A DNA stretch of 64,000 nucleotides from an uncultured Chloroflexia bacterium (GTDB taxonomy: Bacteria > Chloroflexota > Limnocylindria > Limnocylindrales > CSP1-4), in the NCBI GenBank assembly GCA_963727005.1, contig CAVSEO010000003.1, positions 96,912-160,911 on the forward strand, written 5' to 3'. The number at the start of each line of letters is the position of its first letter. Positions within the stretch are counted from its first letter, which is position 1. Made by a program: the position numbers and the translations under genes. This document shows, one piece after another, positions 32,407 to 43,552 of the stretch. Under the pieces are notes generated by a model, which had not been told where the DNA came from, made no database searches, and saw only the letters and a program-made list of their open reading frames with translations.

Positions 32407-32611
32407 CTAGGCCGCGCTCACCTGAACGGCGCGCGGGCCCTTGGGGCTGGTCTCGATTTCGAACGAGACACGCTCGCCGCCGACGAGGCGATCGAAGTCG
32501 AGGGGGGCCGACGAGGCCGCCGCGGTGGAAGAAGTATTCCTTGCCATCTTCGGCGGCAATGAAGCCGAAGCCGCGGTCGCTAACGACCTTCTTGATTGTA
32601 CCGGTGGTCAT
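32407..32611 (-). CDS. cspA: Cold-shock domain protein (frameshift in a C run)
   Basis: GTIKK...RGFGFI (RNP1), EYFFH (RNP2), VSFEI...KGPRA. Confidence 0.93.
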
Positions 32612-32744
32612 GAGTGACCCTTATCCTCTTCCCGAACCAGACGGCAGACGCACGGTCCGTTCGAGAAGGAAGGTCGACCACGCGGAGCGTCACCACAAGA
32701 GGCGGCGACCCACCCACAGTACTCGCTTTTGGCCGATAGCACAA
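32612..32744 (-). promoter_or_regulatory. csp promoter and structured ~100-nt 5' UTR
   Basis: TTGTGC-N17-TACTGT; UTR stem CCTTCTCGAAC / GTTCGGGAAGAGG. Confidence 0.6.
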
Positions 32745-32848
32745 ACGTTGAGTGCCTTGGTATAGGGCTCTGAGCCGGCGAAACGGGGTGGCGTCGCCGA
32801 CGTCACGGCCGGCGCGGGCCGACTTGACCGAATGGGGCGACGGCCCCA

Positions 32849-33203
32849 TGGTGGTATCGGCCGAAGGCGCCGGGCACTGGTTCAGTTGCTCGTAGCGCTC
32901 GGCAGATTGGATGGCCCCCAGTGGCCCGCAGACCGTTCCGCACCGCCGACGCGCTCATCGTCGTGAGCACCGAAGGCTACTTCGACGTCTTCCCGCCGGC
33001 AAACCGCCGGCCCAACGACAAGCCCGCCTATCGCGGCGTCGTCGCCGAGCTGGGCTCGGCCATGCGAGGCTTCGACGACAAGCTGTCCGTTCGTCCCGGA
33101 TTCGGTCGCTCTCGATGCCGCCGTGTCGGTGTGGTCGAGGAACCACGGCGCGGCCGCGGTGCGCGGCGAGCTCGGACTGGGACGCAACGGCACCACGGTC
33201 TAG
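32849..33203 (+). CDS. Hypothetical protein, frameshifted, start uncertain
   Basis: Coding-like stretch ALIVVSTEGYFDVFPP...YRGVVAELGSAMRGFDDKL; stop TAG at 33203. Confidence 0.4.
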
Positions 33204-33248
33204 TCCGGACCCGGGCGCCCTGCAGCGACGCCGGAGAAGGAGCCCCCG

Positions 33249-33446
33249 ATGTTGATCAACCAGGTTCCCGGCGACGTGCCGGTCAACGTTCTCCACGACC
33301 AGGGGATCCCCAACACGCTGTCCGGGATGAGGCTGGCGCCGATAGGAGCGGTGTCGTCTCGCCAGTTCATGGCGTGGTCGCTCTTGCTGGCCATCCTCGT
33401 GGTGGCGGTGGCCGCCGCCGTGATCATCGCCAGGGCGAGCTCATGA
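33249..33446 (+). CDS. Small single-TM protein
   Basis: AAGGAG SD; C-terminal hydrophobic helix. Confidence 0.6.
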   Translation: MLINQVPGDVPVNVLHDQGIPNTLSGMRLAPIGAVSSRQFMAWSLLLAILVVAVAAAVIIARASS

Positions 33447-33490
33447 CCGACCCGGCGCCCAACCCAACTTGCACCTGATAGGAGCGTCCC

Positions 33491-33739
33491 ATGACCGACA
33501 ACGTCGAACCCACCCCGAAGGCTGAGCCAACCCCGCGACCCGAAGCCGACCGCAGCAAGTCCTCGTACCGCTCGACTCCCGTCGCCACCGTCGACAACCG
33601 CTTGACGGGTGGGTCCGGAGTCCAGCGCAGCCATCTCCGCGATCGCAAGGCCTGGCTCAAGAGCCGCACTCGCGCCGGACAGACCTGGGCGCAGCGCAAG
33701 GCCGCCAGCGTCACCTACTGCCCGGCCAAGACGCGGTAA
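33491..33739 (+). CDS. Small basic hypothetical protein
   Basis: AGGAG SD 6 nt before ATG; GC3-rich codons. Confidence 0.6.
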   Translation: MTDNVEPTPKAEPTPRPEADRSKSSYRSTPVATVDNRLTGGSGVQRSHLRDRKAWLKSRTRAGQTWAQRKAASVTYCPAKTR

Positions 33740-33753
33740 GGACGGAGATCTCG

Positions 33754-33999
33754 ATGGCAACTCGTCATAGAGAGGCCGATACTCCCGATCGAGCTTCGGA
33801 GCATCGCCGCGCGCCCCGAGTCCTCGGGCCGGAGGACCAGGAGCTGAACGACCAGATAAGCGGGCTCATGCGCGACGCGGCCGAGCAGCTGGAAGTGCGA
33901 ACCCGGGCCGAGGCCGCAGAGGACACCGCCGCGGCCAGGCGCCAGTTCGACGCCGTAGTGGCGCTTTCTCGGGCACGCTCCGGCAAGCCTCGCCGCTGA
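33754..33999 (+). CDS. Small helical hypothetical protein
   Basis: GGAG SD; 14 nt after previous stop. Confidence 0.5.
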   Translation: MATRHREADTPDRASEHRRAPRVLGPEDQELNDQISGLMRDAAEQLEVRTRAEAAEDTAAARRQFDAVVALSRARSGKPRR

Positions 34000-34179
34000 T
34001 CGCGGCGGCGCCCCGGCTGAAGCCGATCCGCGGCGGCAAGCCGATCCGCGGCAACACCCGGCTCGGAGGATGGGACGTTCGCGCTCGCGTCTAGGCGGCG
34101 CGGGCGGGCCGAGGCACTATCCGCTCAGGTAGGGTCCCGCTCTTCCGAGCGGCGGCCGGTAGCCCAGAGCGAGGATCCA

Positions 34180-34790
34180 ATGACACTGTCGCGTCCCATC
34201 CTCTTGCGGACATTCTCTGCCCTCATCCTGAGTCTGACCGTGGCCGGCTGCGGCGCGGCCGCCGCTACGTCACAACCGGCGAGCACGCCGGCAGCTCAAA
34301 CGCCCGCGGCAGCTACTCCGGACGGCTGCGACCCCGGCAGCCGCTACGCCGGCGGCTCTGACCCCGGCACCCAGCACGTCGCCTCGGGCGGGGGCCAACG
34401 GCGACTGCCCGGAGGCCAGACAGGGCGCAATCCGTTCACCCTGTCCGGGTTTCAGGCCCAGCACTACTGCGGTCCGGCGACCGCGACGGTCACCGCGGCC
34501 GGGCTGACCGCTCGATGACGGGTGGCTGGTGCGAGACCACGGTCGCGGGCTTCTCCGTCAGCATCGGCACTCAGCTGTTCGGCAGCCCCGACGTTTCGCA
34601 GGAACCCGACCTGCTGCTCATCCTCGTCCAGCCCACGACCGGGGACGGGCCGGTCAGCGGCGTCATCAGCCATCACCACTACCTCCTGACCGGCAGCCCC
34701 GTGCAGATCGCCGCGGACAAGTTGAGCGGGACCTTCTCGGGCCCGGGCATCGTCGGCGGCACCGTCTCGGGCAGTTTCAAGTGCAGCTGA
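34180..34790 (+). CDS. Lipoprotein with Pro/Thr/Ala linker (frameshifted)
   Basis: Lipobox LTVAGC, TPAA repeats, beta-rich C-terminal domain ending SGSFKCS. Confidence 0.65.
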
Positions 34791-34871
34791 GCGCGCCATC
34801 GGTGCGCTGACGACGCGGTCGGCGACCGACGGCCGGTTGCGAAAACCGGCTCTGCCGGAGATGATCGGAGC

Positions 34872-35973
34872 ATGACCGAGCTACGGCCATAGCCGCCCTG
34901 ACTCTGCGCGAACTGCGCCTGCGGCGCGTCAGCTGCGCAACTGCTCCAGCACTCGATTGCGGGCGGCCCCGAGCCGGCAGTCCGCCACCTGCTCGCCGTG
35001 CAGGCACAGGATCCCGTGGGGGCTCGGCTGGCCCTTCGAGCCCGAGTCGAAGGGCTGACGGCCGGCGCCGTCGATCGGGCGCTGACGGCAGACAGGTCGC
35101 TCGTGGTGGCCTGGCTCAACCGAGGGACGCTCCATCTCGTGAGCCGCGACGACTACCCGTGGCTGCTGGGGCTTACGGCCCCGACGCAGGTGACGGGGAA
35201 CAGGCGTCGCCTGGGTGAGGAGGGCGTCTCCGCGGAGGATACGGAGAGGGGAGTGGCCTTGATAACGCGGTCGCTGGCCGATGACGGCCCGATGCCCGGC
35301 CGCGAGCTGGCGGCGCGGGTGGCCGCTATCGGGATCCGGACCGAAGGCCAGGCGATGAGGCACCTGCTCTTCGCGGCCGTCCTGCGCGGTCTGGTGGTGC
35401 AGGGACCCGTTGGGCCGGCAGGGCACTCCTTCGCCCTCGTGAGCGACTGGCTGGGCAGTCCGTCTCCCCACTTCCCCGATGGCGATCGCGACCGCGCGCT
35501 CGCGGAGCTGGCCCGCCGGTACCTGACCGGCCATGCCCCGTCCACGGACCGAGACCTCGCCTACTGGGCTGGACTGCCGCTGCGCGACGCCCGAAACGGC
35601 CTGCGGTCCATCGGCGGCGAACTCATCGAGCTCGAGGGCGGGCTTCTGGATCTGTCCACGCGAACGGATCCACCGGATCAGCTTCCGGTGCGGCTGCTGG
35701 GCGCATTCGACCCCTCGCTCATGGGCTGGCCGGACAGGCGCTGGGTAGTCCCCGAGGAGCACGGATCGCGCGTCTTCGCCGGTGGCGGGTTGTTCCGGGC
35801 CGTCGCCACGGTCGACGGTCTGGCCGTGGCGACGTGGAGCGCTCGACGCCGGGAGGGCCGGATGGCCGTCCGGATCGATCCGTTCGAGGAGCTCTCTCGC
35901 GGATGCCGAGGCGGCGCTGGCTGCCGAGGCTCGCGATGTCGCCCGCTTCGAAGGCCGGCAGCTCGAGGGCTAG
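34872..35973 (+). CDS. AlkZ/HTH_42-family DNA glycosylase-like protein (frameshifted)
   Basis: LLAVQAQD, W.NRGTLHLV, LARRYL.GHAP.T..DLA.WAGL, LLGAFD, VDG.AVATW. Confidence 0.85.
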
Positions 35974-35989
35974 CTCCGGCGTTCGGTCG

Positions 35990-36921
35990 TCACGCGGGCT
36001 CGCCCGGATCGATCATGCGGAGACGCGTCCAGGCGGCGCCCAGAAGCACGACCTGGAACGCGAACGAGAGCCATACCAGGGCCGCGAAGACGGCGGCGAA
36101 CCCCCCGAAGACCGAAAGGGCGCCGGGAAGGCGGGGCGCGAGGAACACGAACAGATCGGTCATGGCGGTCAGCAAGAGTCCGGCCACGAGGGCCGGCAGA
36201 CTGAGGGCCCGCAACGGCACGTGTGTGTTCGGGACGACCCGATACAGAACGCCGACCGCGGTGACGACCACGACCAACGTAACGAAGGGGAAGCCCACGG
36301 CCGATATCGCGCGGGCCGCGTCCCCTCTGGTCCTGATGAGACGGCAGAAGCCACTACCGCCTGAATCGCGGAGATGGCAATCCCCGAAACGATCCCGCCG
36401 ACGAGGAGCAGAACCGAGACGAAGCCGCGGAGGAGGCGGTCGAGTGCGCCACGGGCCGGGGCACGGTCGAAGACCCTGGCGATCGCCCTGTCCAGCGAGC
36501 CGTAGAACTGGCTCGTGCCCCAGGCCATTCCCGCCAGGCCCACGATCGAAAACGCTCCCGCATGGGCTGCGGCGTCCGCCAGCCCATCCTTCGCGATCGG
36601 CGCGAGCGGGGCGAGCTGCCCGGTAAACCCGGAGACGAGGCGCTGCCGGTCGGCGTCGGCGGGCACGAGATAGCCCAGGATGCCGACTCCGAAAAGGAGC
36701 CCGGTCAGGCCGGCGAACAGTGCGGCGTACGCCAGGCCGGCCGCGAGCAGGCCGCCGCCCGCGTCGTCGTACGCGCGCAGGATGGCCCGCAGACGGACCA
36801 CCGGCGGCAGGGCGAGGACCGACCCGATCAAGCGGCGGATCGGCTCCAGCGGACCCTTGCGGTCGGTCGCGCCATCGGCCTGCCGAACCCGGCGGGGCTC
36901 ACCGGCCTTCTCCCGTGTCAT
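35990..36921 (-). CDS. YihY/BrkB family membrane protein (frameshifted)
   Basis: GGLLAAGLAYAALFA, LYRVVP, FGGFAAVFAALVWL, VVLLGAAW. Confidence 0.85.
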
Positions 36922-36967
36922 GGCCCGGACTGTGGCGGCTTGCGAGGGAGCGCGTCAAGCTCCGCGG

Positions 36968-38629
36968 TCAGCGGTAGGTGAAGGAATCGAAGTCGGCGTG
37001 CAGCCGGGCGCCCGAGAGATCCTGGCAGGCGAGGCCGACGAAGGCCCCCGTGAACCCGACCGACATGGCGAGGAAGTCGAGTTCGAAGTTGGTGGCGTGC
37101 TCGTCCGAGAGGAGGGCCAGGGGTTGCTCGGCGCCGATCGGACGCCACTCATCCGGCGCGAGGGCGTACCAGAAGCGGAAGCGGTCGAGATCGAACTTGA
37201 CCCGGAGCCGGACCCGGCCCGCGGCGCCAAGCGAGACCTGCTCCGGATCCTCGCTGTAGAGTCCGCGATCGCTCAATGCCACGCCGAGGACCCGGCCCGC
37301 GCCCTCGTCGTGGGTGATGCGCAGGTAGGCGTAGTTGTGGGTGTTGTAGTAGGCGACGAGACCTGCCATCTGCTGGAAGGATGTCGGCGAGAACTCGATC
37401 TCGGTCTCGGCTTCGGCGTGGAAGTCCTGCAGGCGTCGAGCGATGAGACTCTGGTAGTGGAGTGAGCTCATGGACTCTCGTCCGTACAGCCGCAGGAACC
37501 CCGGCCGGTCGGTGAGGGAGAGCCAGCTCGCGTCGATGGGGACGCGCAGGCTGTTGAAATGGGGCGACAGCTCCGGACCGTCGAAGGTGTCGGTCTCGGG
37601 CTCGTCTCTCGGCTCCGGCTCCGGCTCCGGTTCCGGCGCCTGAACCTGCGGACCGGGCACGCTCCAGGCGGGAGCGTTGCCGCCGCCGGCCAGGCGCGGC
37701 CAGCCATCGTCCGTCCATTCCACGCGCTGGATGGCCGTTTCACGACCCAGCGGACAATTGAGCGTGTCGTATCCGCCCGCCGCCTCCCGATCCGCCCCTT
37801 GCCATTCGAGAGGCCGACCGCACAGGTGGGCGATGTACCAGTCGCCGGATTCGGTCTCGACGAGGCTGCCGTGGCCGGACTTCTGCAGGAGGTCCCGCGG
37901 CTTGCCATCCGAGGTGAGGAGGGGGTGGTGAGGGCTCAGCTCGTACGGTCCGGTGATCGACCGCGATCGGGCGATCGAGACCGCATGCCGGTAGAAGGTT
38001 CCGCCCTCGGCCAGGAGCAGGTAATACCAGCCGCCGCGCTTGTAGATGTGCGGGCCTTCTGTCGCGCCGAGGCTCGAACCCCCGAAGATGAGCCGCTCGG
38101 ACCCCACCAGCCGTCGGTCGTCCCGGGAGTACTCCTGAACGAAGATCCCGCCGAAGGGGTTGCGCCCCGGGCGGTGGTCCCACTTCATGCCCACCAGGTA
38201 GGTGCGCCCGTCCTCGTCGTGGAAGAAGGACTGGTCGAACCCGACGCCGTTGAGATACACCGGCTCCGACCACGGGCCGGTTATCGACGGGGCGGTGACG
38301 AGGTAGTTGCTCACATCCTTGAACGCCCCCAGGCAGGAGCGAACGTTCGAGTAGACCAGGTAGAAGAGGCCGTCGCGATAGGACAGGCAAGGCGCCCAGA
38401 CGCCGCCTGAGTCCGGATCGCCTCGCAGGTCGAGCTGGCTCGTCCGCGTCAACGCATAGGCGGCGTGCCGCCAGCTCACCAGGTCGTGCGAGGTATGGAT
38501 CCGCACGCCCGGCCACCACTCGAAGGTGGAGGATGCGATGAAGTAGTCCCCGCCTACGCGAAGGATCGAAGGGTCGGGGTGAAAGCCGGTCAGGACGGGG
38601 TTCTCGATGGTCGTCAAGGTGGGCTCCAT
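36968..38629 (-). CDS. xynB: GH43 beta-xylosidase with C-terminal beta-sandwich (XynB-like)
   Basis: NPVLTGFHPDPSI, SSTFEWWPG, WAP, TEGPHIYK, AEGGT, GHG, LGRET, ARR, GFTGAFVG. Confidence 0.92.
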   Translation of the reverse strand: MEPTLTTIENPVLTGFHPDPSILRVGGDYFIASSTFEWWPGVRIHTSHDLVSWRHAAYALTRTSQLDLRGDPDSGGVWAPCLSYRDGLFYLVYSNVRSCLGAFKDVSNYLVTAPSITGPWSEPVYLNGVGFDQSFFHDEDGRTYLVGMKWDHRPGRNPFGGIFVQEYSRDDRRLVGSERLIFGGSSLGATEGPHIYKRGGWYYLLLAEGGTFYRHAVSIARSRSITGPYELSPHHPLLTSDGKPRDLLQKSGHGSLVETESGDWYIAHLCGRPLEWQGADREAAGGYDTLNCPLGRETAIQRVEWTDDGWPRLAGGGNAPAWSVPGPQVQAPEPEPEPEPRDEPETDTFDGPELSPHFNSLRVPIDASWLSLTDRPGFLRLYGRESMSSLHYQSLIARRLQDFHAEAETEIEFSPTSFQQMAGLVAYYNTHNYAYLRITHDEGAGRVLGVALSDRGLYSEDPEQVSLGAAGRVRLRVKFDLDRFRFWYALAPDEWRPIGAEQPLALLSDEHATNFELDFLAMSVGFTGAFVGLACQDLSGARLHADFDSFTYR

Positions 38630-38814
38630 AAGGGGGCCATCACAATAACGGGACCACCGGCGAGTCGCATACGGGTCGCGACGCGGCCGGGGATCCCGAT
38701 GGCTCCCGAGTCCCACCCTGGGATACGAGGCGGGCACCCGCGGCCGGACCGGCACGGTCACCGCTACTCTGCCGAGCGTTCATTCATCCGGACGCAGGAA
38801 GGAAGGCCCGGCTC

Positions 38815-39156
38815 GTGACCATCCGACGCCGCGCCGTTGTGGAGCGCCCCGGCCCCAGCCGCGGCGCGCTCGCTCGCCGCGTAGTGGCTCTGATGTTCGC
38901 CGTCGCGCAGGGGTCGATCCTGCTCCGACTTGTCTTCCTCCTGGTCCAGGCGAACCAGAAGAATGGGCTGGTCTCCGGCGTTCTGGACCTCAGCCAGGTC
39001 TTCGTCGGGCCGTTCGAAGGCGTCCTTCACACGAATGCGCTACACGCCGGCGGATCGGTCGTGGATCTCGCCGCCGTCCTCGCCCTGGTCGGCTGGTCCA
39101 TCCTCGAGCCGATCGCGATGGCCGCCGCGACCATCTTCGTCCGCGAACCCGGCTGA
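38815..39156 (+). CDS. YggT-like membrane protein
   Basis: ILLRLVF.L..AN..N, FVGPFEG, DLAAVLALVGW. Confidence 0.7.
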   Translation: MTIRRRAVVERPGPSRGALARRVVALMFAVAQGSILLRLVFLLVQANQKNGLVSGVLDLSQVFVGPFEGVLHTNALHAGGSVVDLAAVLALVGWSILEPIAMAAATIFVREPG

Positions 39157-39160
39157 CCGT

Positions 39161-40948
39161 TTACTCGTAGGCTCTGGCCTGCAGGTCGTACAGCTCCGCA
39201 TAGAGGCCGCGGTTGCGCATCAGCGTGGCATGAGGCCCGGACTCGACGATCCGCCCGTCGGCGACGACAAGGATCAGGTCCGCCATCCGGACCGTCGAGA
39301 AGCGGTGCGACACCAGGACCGTGATGCCGCCCGTGGCCGCGCCGACCCGTTGCGCCCCCTCCGCGTAACGCTCGAAGAGAGCGTGCTCCGCCTCCGCGTC
39401 GAGGGCGGAGGTCGGTTCGTCGAGGATCAGGAGCAGCGGCATCTCCCGCATCATCGCCCGGCCCAGCGCCAGCTTCTGCCACTGGCCGCCGGACAGCTCC
39501 GTGCCGTCCGTGTAGGACTTGCCGAGCTGCGTCGAGAGTCCCTCGGAGAGGCGGCCGACGATGTCGCCGGCATGGGCGCGATCGAGCGCGGCCTCGACGA
39601 CCGGCTGGTCGTCCAGGAACGGCAGGTCGCCCACGCCCACGGTTCGGCGGGCGACGAACTCGAAGCGGGCGAAGTCCTGGAAGCCCGACGCGATGCGGCC
39701 GCGCCACTCCGCCAGCGGAATCCGCCGCAGGTCCTCGCCGTCGATGAGGATCGAACCCTCGGTCGGTTCGTAGAAGCGGCACAGGAGCTTCACGAGCGTG
39801 CTCTTGCCGGCTCCGTTCTCGCCCACGATCGCGACGGTGGTTCCGGCCGGCAGGATCAGGTTGACGCCGGACAGCACGGCCCGATCCGTGCCCGGATAGG
39901 TGAACGCCACGTTCTCGAGGCGGATGCCTTCGTTCAGCCGCGGCGGAGTGGGGAGGTCCGCCGCACCGGCTCGCGCTCGGCCACGTACTTCTCGAGCCAC
40001 TCGAAGCGCGTGAAGGCGTGGGCGATCCGCTGCAGGTCGTGAAGGAGGGAGACGGCGGCCGAGACCTGCTGGTTGACCTGCGCCGCGAGCGTGATGGCCA
40101 GGACCACGTCGCCAACGCTGCGATGGCCGCCGATGGCGTCGCTGACGACGATCAGGACGCCCGCGACGTAGCCGGCCGCGAAGACCAGCTGTCCGGCGGC
40201 TCGCCAGCATCATCGCCCCGAGCTGGGCGCGCCAGAGGCGTCGAGAAGTCCGCTCCCACAGCTCGCGGTGCCGGCGCAGGATCTCGTTCTGGAGCCTGAA
40301 GACTCGCAGCTCCTTGGCCGGTCCGGCGCTCGTGGCCAGGCGGAACAGATGAAGCGCCAGCCGCGTGTCGCTGGCGGTCTCGTCGCGGGCCCGGTCCATC
40401 GATGGCCTGCGCTCGCCTGCCGGTGATAGAGCGGCGGGAAGGCGACGAGCGGCAGGAGGAGCAGCACGGGTTGACCAGGGCGAGCAGGACGCCCGTGATG
40501 GCGATGGCGACGCCCAGGCTCAGCAGGGCCAGGACTGCGTAGAACCCGTCCTGCATCTGCCGGATCTCCTGCTGGAGGACGGCGAGCCGGTCGGCGTACT
40601 CGGCCCTCTCCTGGTGTTCGATGCCGGCCGAGCCGTTGGTCAGCGCGATGATCCGCTCCTCCATGGTCAGGAGTGTTGATCTCCGAAAGCTCGAAGTAGG
40701 CGATGTGGGCGAAATGGCCGAGCGTCAGGACGGCGATGGCGCATACCGCAACGGCGAACCCGGCGATCGCCGCGGTGCCCGCGTCGCCGCCGATGGCGGC
40801 GTTGGTCATCCACTTGAGGGCCAGGGCCATGAGCGGCGCCGCGATGGCGTTGCTCATGACGAGAACGAGCGACGATGGCGGTCTTGAGGCGGTTCTGGCG
40901 CCACGACAGCTCGAGGAGCCTGAACGCGCTGCGAAGGGTCTCGGTCAT
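39161..40948 (-). CDS. ABC exporter, fused TMD-NBD (NisT/SpaT-like clade), frameshifted
   Basis: AKELRVF, GENGAGKST, FQDF, LSGGQWQKLAL, LDEPTSALD, SHRFSTVR. Confidence 0.9.
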
Positions 40949-42898
40949 CGGACGAGATCCACGGCTATCGCACGGCGGTCGGGCGCCTCGGCCGGGTCTT
41001 CCGCGAGATCGGCCGCGTCCACCGTCTCGGAATCGGCCTCGTCCTCGGCGAAGCGCTCCGCCTGGAGACGGAACAGCTCCGCGTAGCGGCCGTCGTGCTC
41101 GAGCAACTCCTCATGGCTGCCCTGCTCGACGACCCGTCCGCCTTCGAGAACGACGATGTGGTCGGCGTGGCGGACGCTCGAGAAGCGGTGCGAGATGAGG
41201 ATCGCGGTGGCGCCCCTCGTCACGTCGACGAACTTCTCGAAGAAGGCGGCCTCGGCCCGGACGTCGAGCGCGGCCGTCGGCTCGTCGAGGACCAGGATCG
41301 AGGCGCCGTTCTCGAGGGCGAAAAGGGCCCGCGCGATGGCCACACGCTGCCATTGGCCGCCGGAGAGCTCGGTCCCGTCCTCGTACTGGCGTGCCAGGGG
41401 CGTGTCGAGGCCCAGCGGCAGGCGCTCGAGCGTGGCCAGCATGCCGGCCCGTCGGGCCGCCTCTCGAACCGGCCCTCGGTCGTCGCCGACTTCGATGGCG
41501 CCAAAGCCGATGTTCTCGGCCGCGGTCAGCTCGTAGCGGTTGAAGTCCTGGAAGATGACTCCGATCTGGCGCCGCCAGGCGTCGACGCCGAACGATCGAA
41601 CGTCGATACCGTCGACCGAGCAACCGGCCCGCGGTCGGGCTCGTACAGCCGGGCCAGGAGCTTGACCAGCGTCGTCTTGCCTGCGCCGTTCAGGCCGACG
41701 ATGGCCGTGCATCGTCCGGCCGGGAGGACCAGATCGAGCTTGTCGAGGACCGCCCGTCCGGCTCCGGGTAGTGGAAGTCGACCTGCTCGAAGCGGATCTC
41801 GGTCGCGGGCAGACCCTTCGGCTCCCGGCGGGGCTCCAGCTGGATGGCCCGTTCGTCGAATGCGGCCACACCTCGCTCGAAGCCCTGGACGGCGTCGACG
41901 GCGAGCATCCCGAACTGGGTCTGCGTGTCGGCCTCGGCGTAGTTCTCACCGAGGCGGATCGCCGCGAGGGCAGCCTGGATGGCCAGCGCGAACTGAGTCA
42001 GCGAGATCGCGCCGGAGGCCGTGGCCCGGCCGAGGGCGGCGAGGCTTGCCCCGGCAACCGCGAGCCCGATGGCCGAGTAGAGCAGGTATGGCTTGAAGTA
42101 GATCCGGCGCCGTTCGACCCAGACCCGCGTCAGCATTCTCATCCAGAGCCGGCGGTAGCTGCTCGGTCAGCCAGCCCACCAGGCCGAAGACGCGGATCTC
42201 CTTGGCCGCCGCCGGCCTCATCGAGACTTCACGGTAGTAGTAGCTCTCGCGCCGGAGGGCGATGGTCGTCCGCGAAGACCCGCACGTACGAACGAAGGCC
42301 GCCTCTCTGGCCCTTGCGGAAGATCATCGTCGCGGCCAGCAGGGCCAGACCGGCCGGCCATGAGAACACAAGGCCGACGATGAACACGCAAGCCAGCAGC
42401 TGCGTGTACCGGGCGATCAACGCGAGCAGGCCGGCGCAGGCGAACCCGGTCGTACGGAAGGCGAACTCGAGGTTGTTGACCGCCTCGCTCAGGTCGTTGA
42501 GGAGGCGCTGGTCCTCCAGCGGGCCGATGCCGGTGCTCTGGAGCGAGGCGGAGATGAGGCGCTCGAAGACGCGACCGTCGACGCGGCGAGCGAGCAACTC
42601 CCCGAGGGCCGCCTGCAACGGCGCGATGATCTGCTGTGCCACGAAGGCCAGCGGCCGCCAGCACGAAGGCCGTGACCAGGGAGTTCCACTCGGCCGAGCC
42701 GACGCCGGCCGCCACCGCCGCCGGGACTCGCCCGATCATGACGCTCGTGGCCACGATGAAGGCCACGGGCAGGAGGCCCAGGATCGAGATTGAGCACGAT
42801 GAGCGTGCCGGCGAGCGCCGCTCCTCCGGAGGGGACGAGCATCGCGATCCGCGCGTAGCTGCGGGCAATCTCGATGGCGCTTCGAACGAAGGCTCTCA
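40945..42898 (-). CDS. Second ABC exporter, fused TMD-NBD, frameshifted
   Basis: AKEIRVFGL, GLNGAGKTT, FQDF, LSGGQWQRVA, LDEPTAALD, SHRFSSVR; ATGA overlap with partner. Confidence 0.9.
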
Positions 42899-43057
42899 TC
42901 AGGATCCGTTTCGGGGTTGGCGACACGCCTGGACGGTGGGCGGGTGGTGACGGAGACAGAATCTGTATCGAACCTTGCCGCTCCCGGCGGGCGGGCCCGG
43001 CGCGCGGCCGAGAGCCCCTCGATTTTCGGGAACGCGGTCGTGCGCCGGTCGCCTGTT

Positions 43058-43084
43058 TGTCGATCCCGACGCATCGTGATCGTC
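43058..43084 (+). promoter_or_regulatory. Putative ECF42-type promoter of the yciI-ecf operon
   Basis: TGTCGA-N17-CGTC; similar motif at 53336-53361. Confidence 0.6.
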
Positions 43085-43137
43085 ACTTGAACGAAGGGCG
43101 GCGCTGCCGCCCGCCCAGGTCCGACCGGAGGCGTCCC

Positions 43138-43539
43138 GTGCGTTACATGCTTCTCATCTACGCCGAGGAAGCCGAGCAGACGGAAGCGCCAGGCTGCCGC
43201 CGGCGCCCGGCGAGGCGCCCGAGATCTCGCCGGCCTGGCTGGAATACACCGACTGGCTGCTGAAGAGCGGCATGCACTCGGCCGGTGAGCAGCTGGCGGG
43301 TTCGACCGCCGCGACCACGGTCCGAGTCCGCGACGGCAATCGCCTGGTCACGGACGGCCCCTTCACGGAGACCAAGGAAGTGCTTGGCGGCTACTACATC
43401 ATCGAATGCGACAACCTCGACGACGCCCTGGAGGCGGCCGCGCGCTGCCCGGCCGCCCTGTACGGGTCGATCGAGGTCCGGCCGATCATCGGGATGGCGA
43501 TGCCGGAGACTCGCCGGGGCCGAATGCCCGGCCGGCTGA
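43138..43539 (+). CDS. YciI/DGPF family protein (frameshifted)
   Basis: MRYMLLIY, ATTVRV, TDGPFTETKEVLGGYY, A..CP, IEVRP. Confidence 0.9.
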
Positions 43540-43552
43540 TTCCGGGCCGAGC

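Noticed and set aside
34020-34052. 15-bp direct repeat AAGCCGATCCGCGGC as an att site
   Set aside because: Adjacent duplication with no integrase; likely slippage.
6031-38629. Xylan utilisation locus (FGGY kinase plus GH43)
   Set aside because: The genes are 30 kb apart with no sugar transporter, isomerase or regulator beside either.
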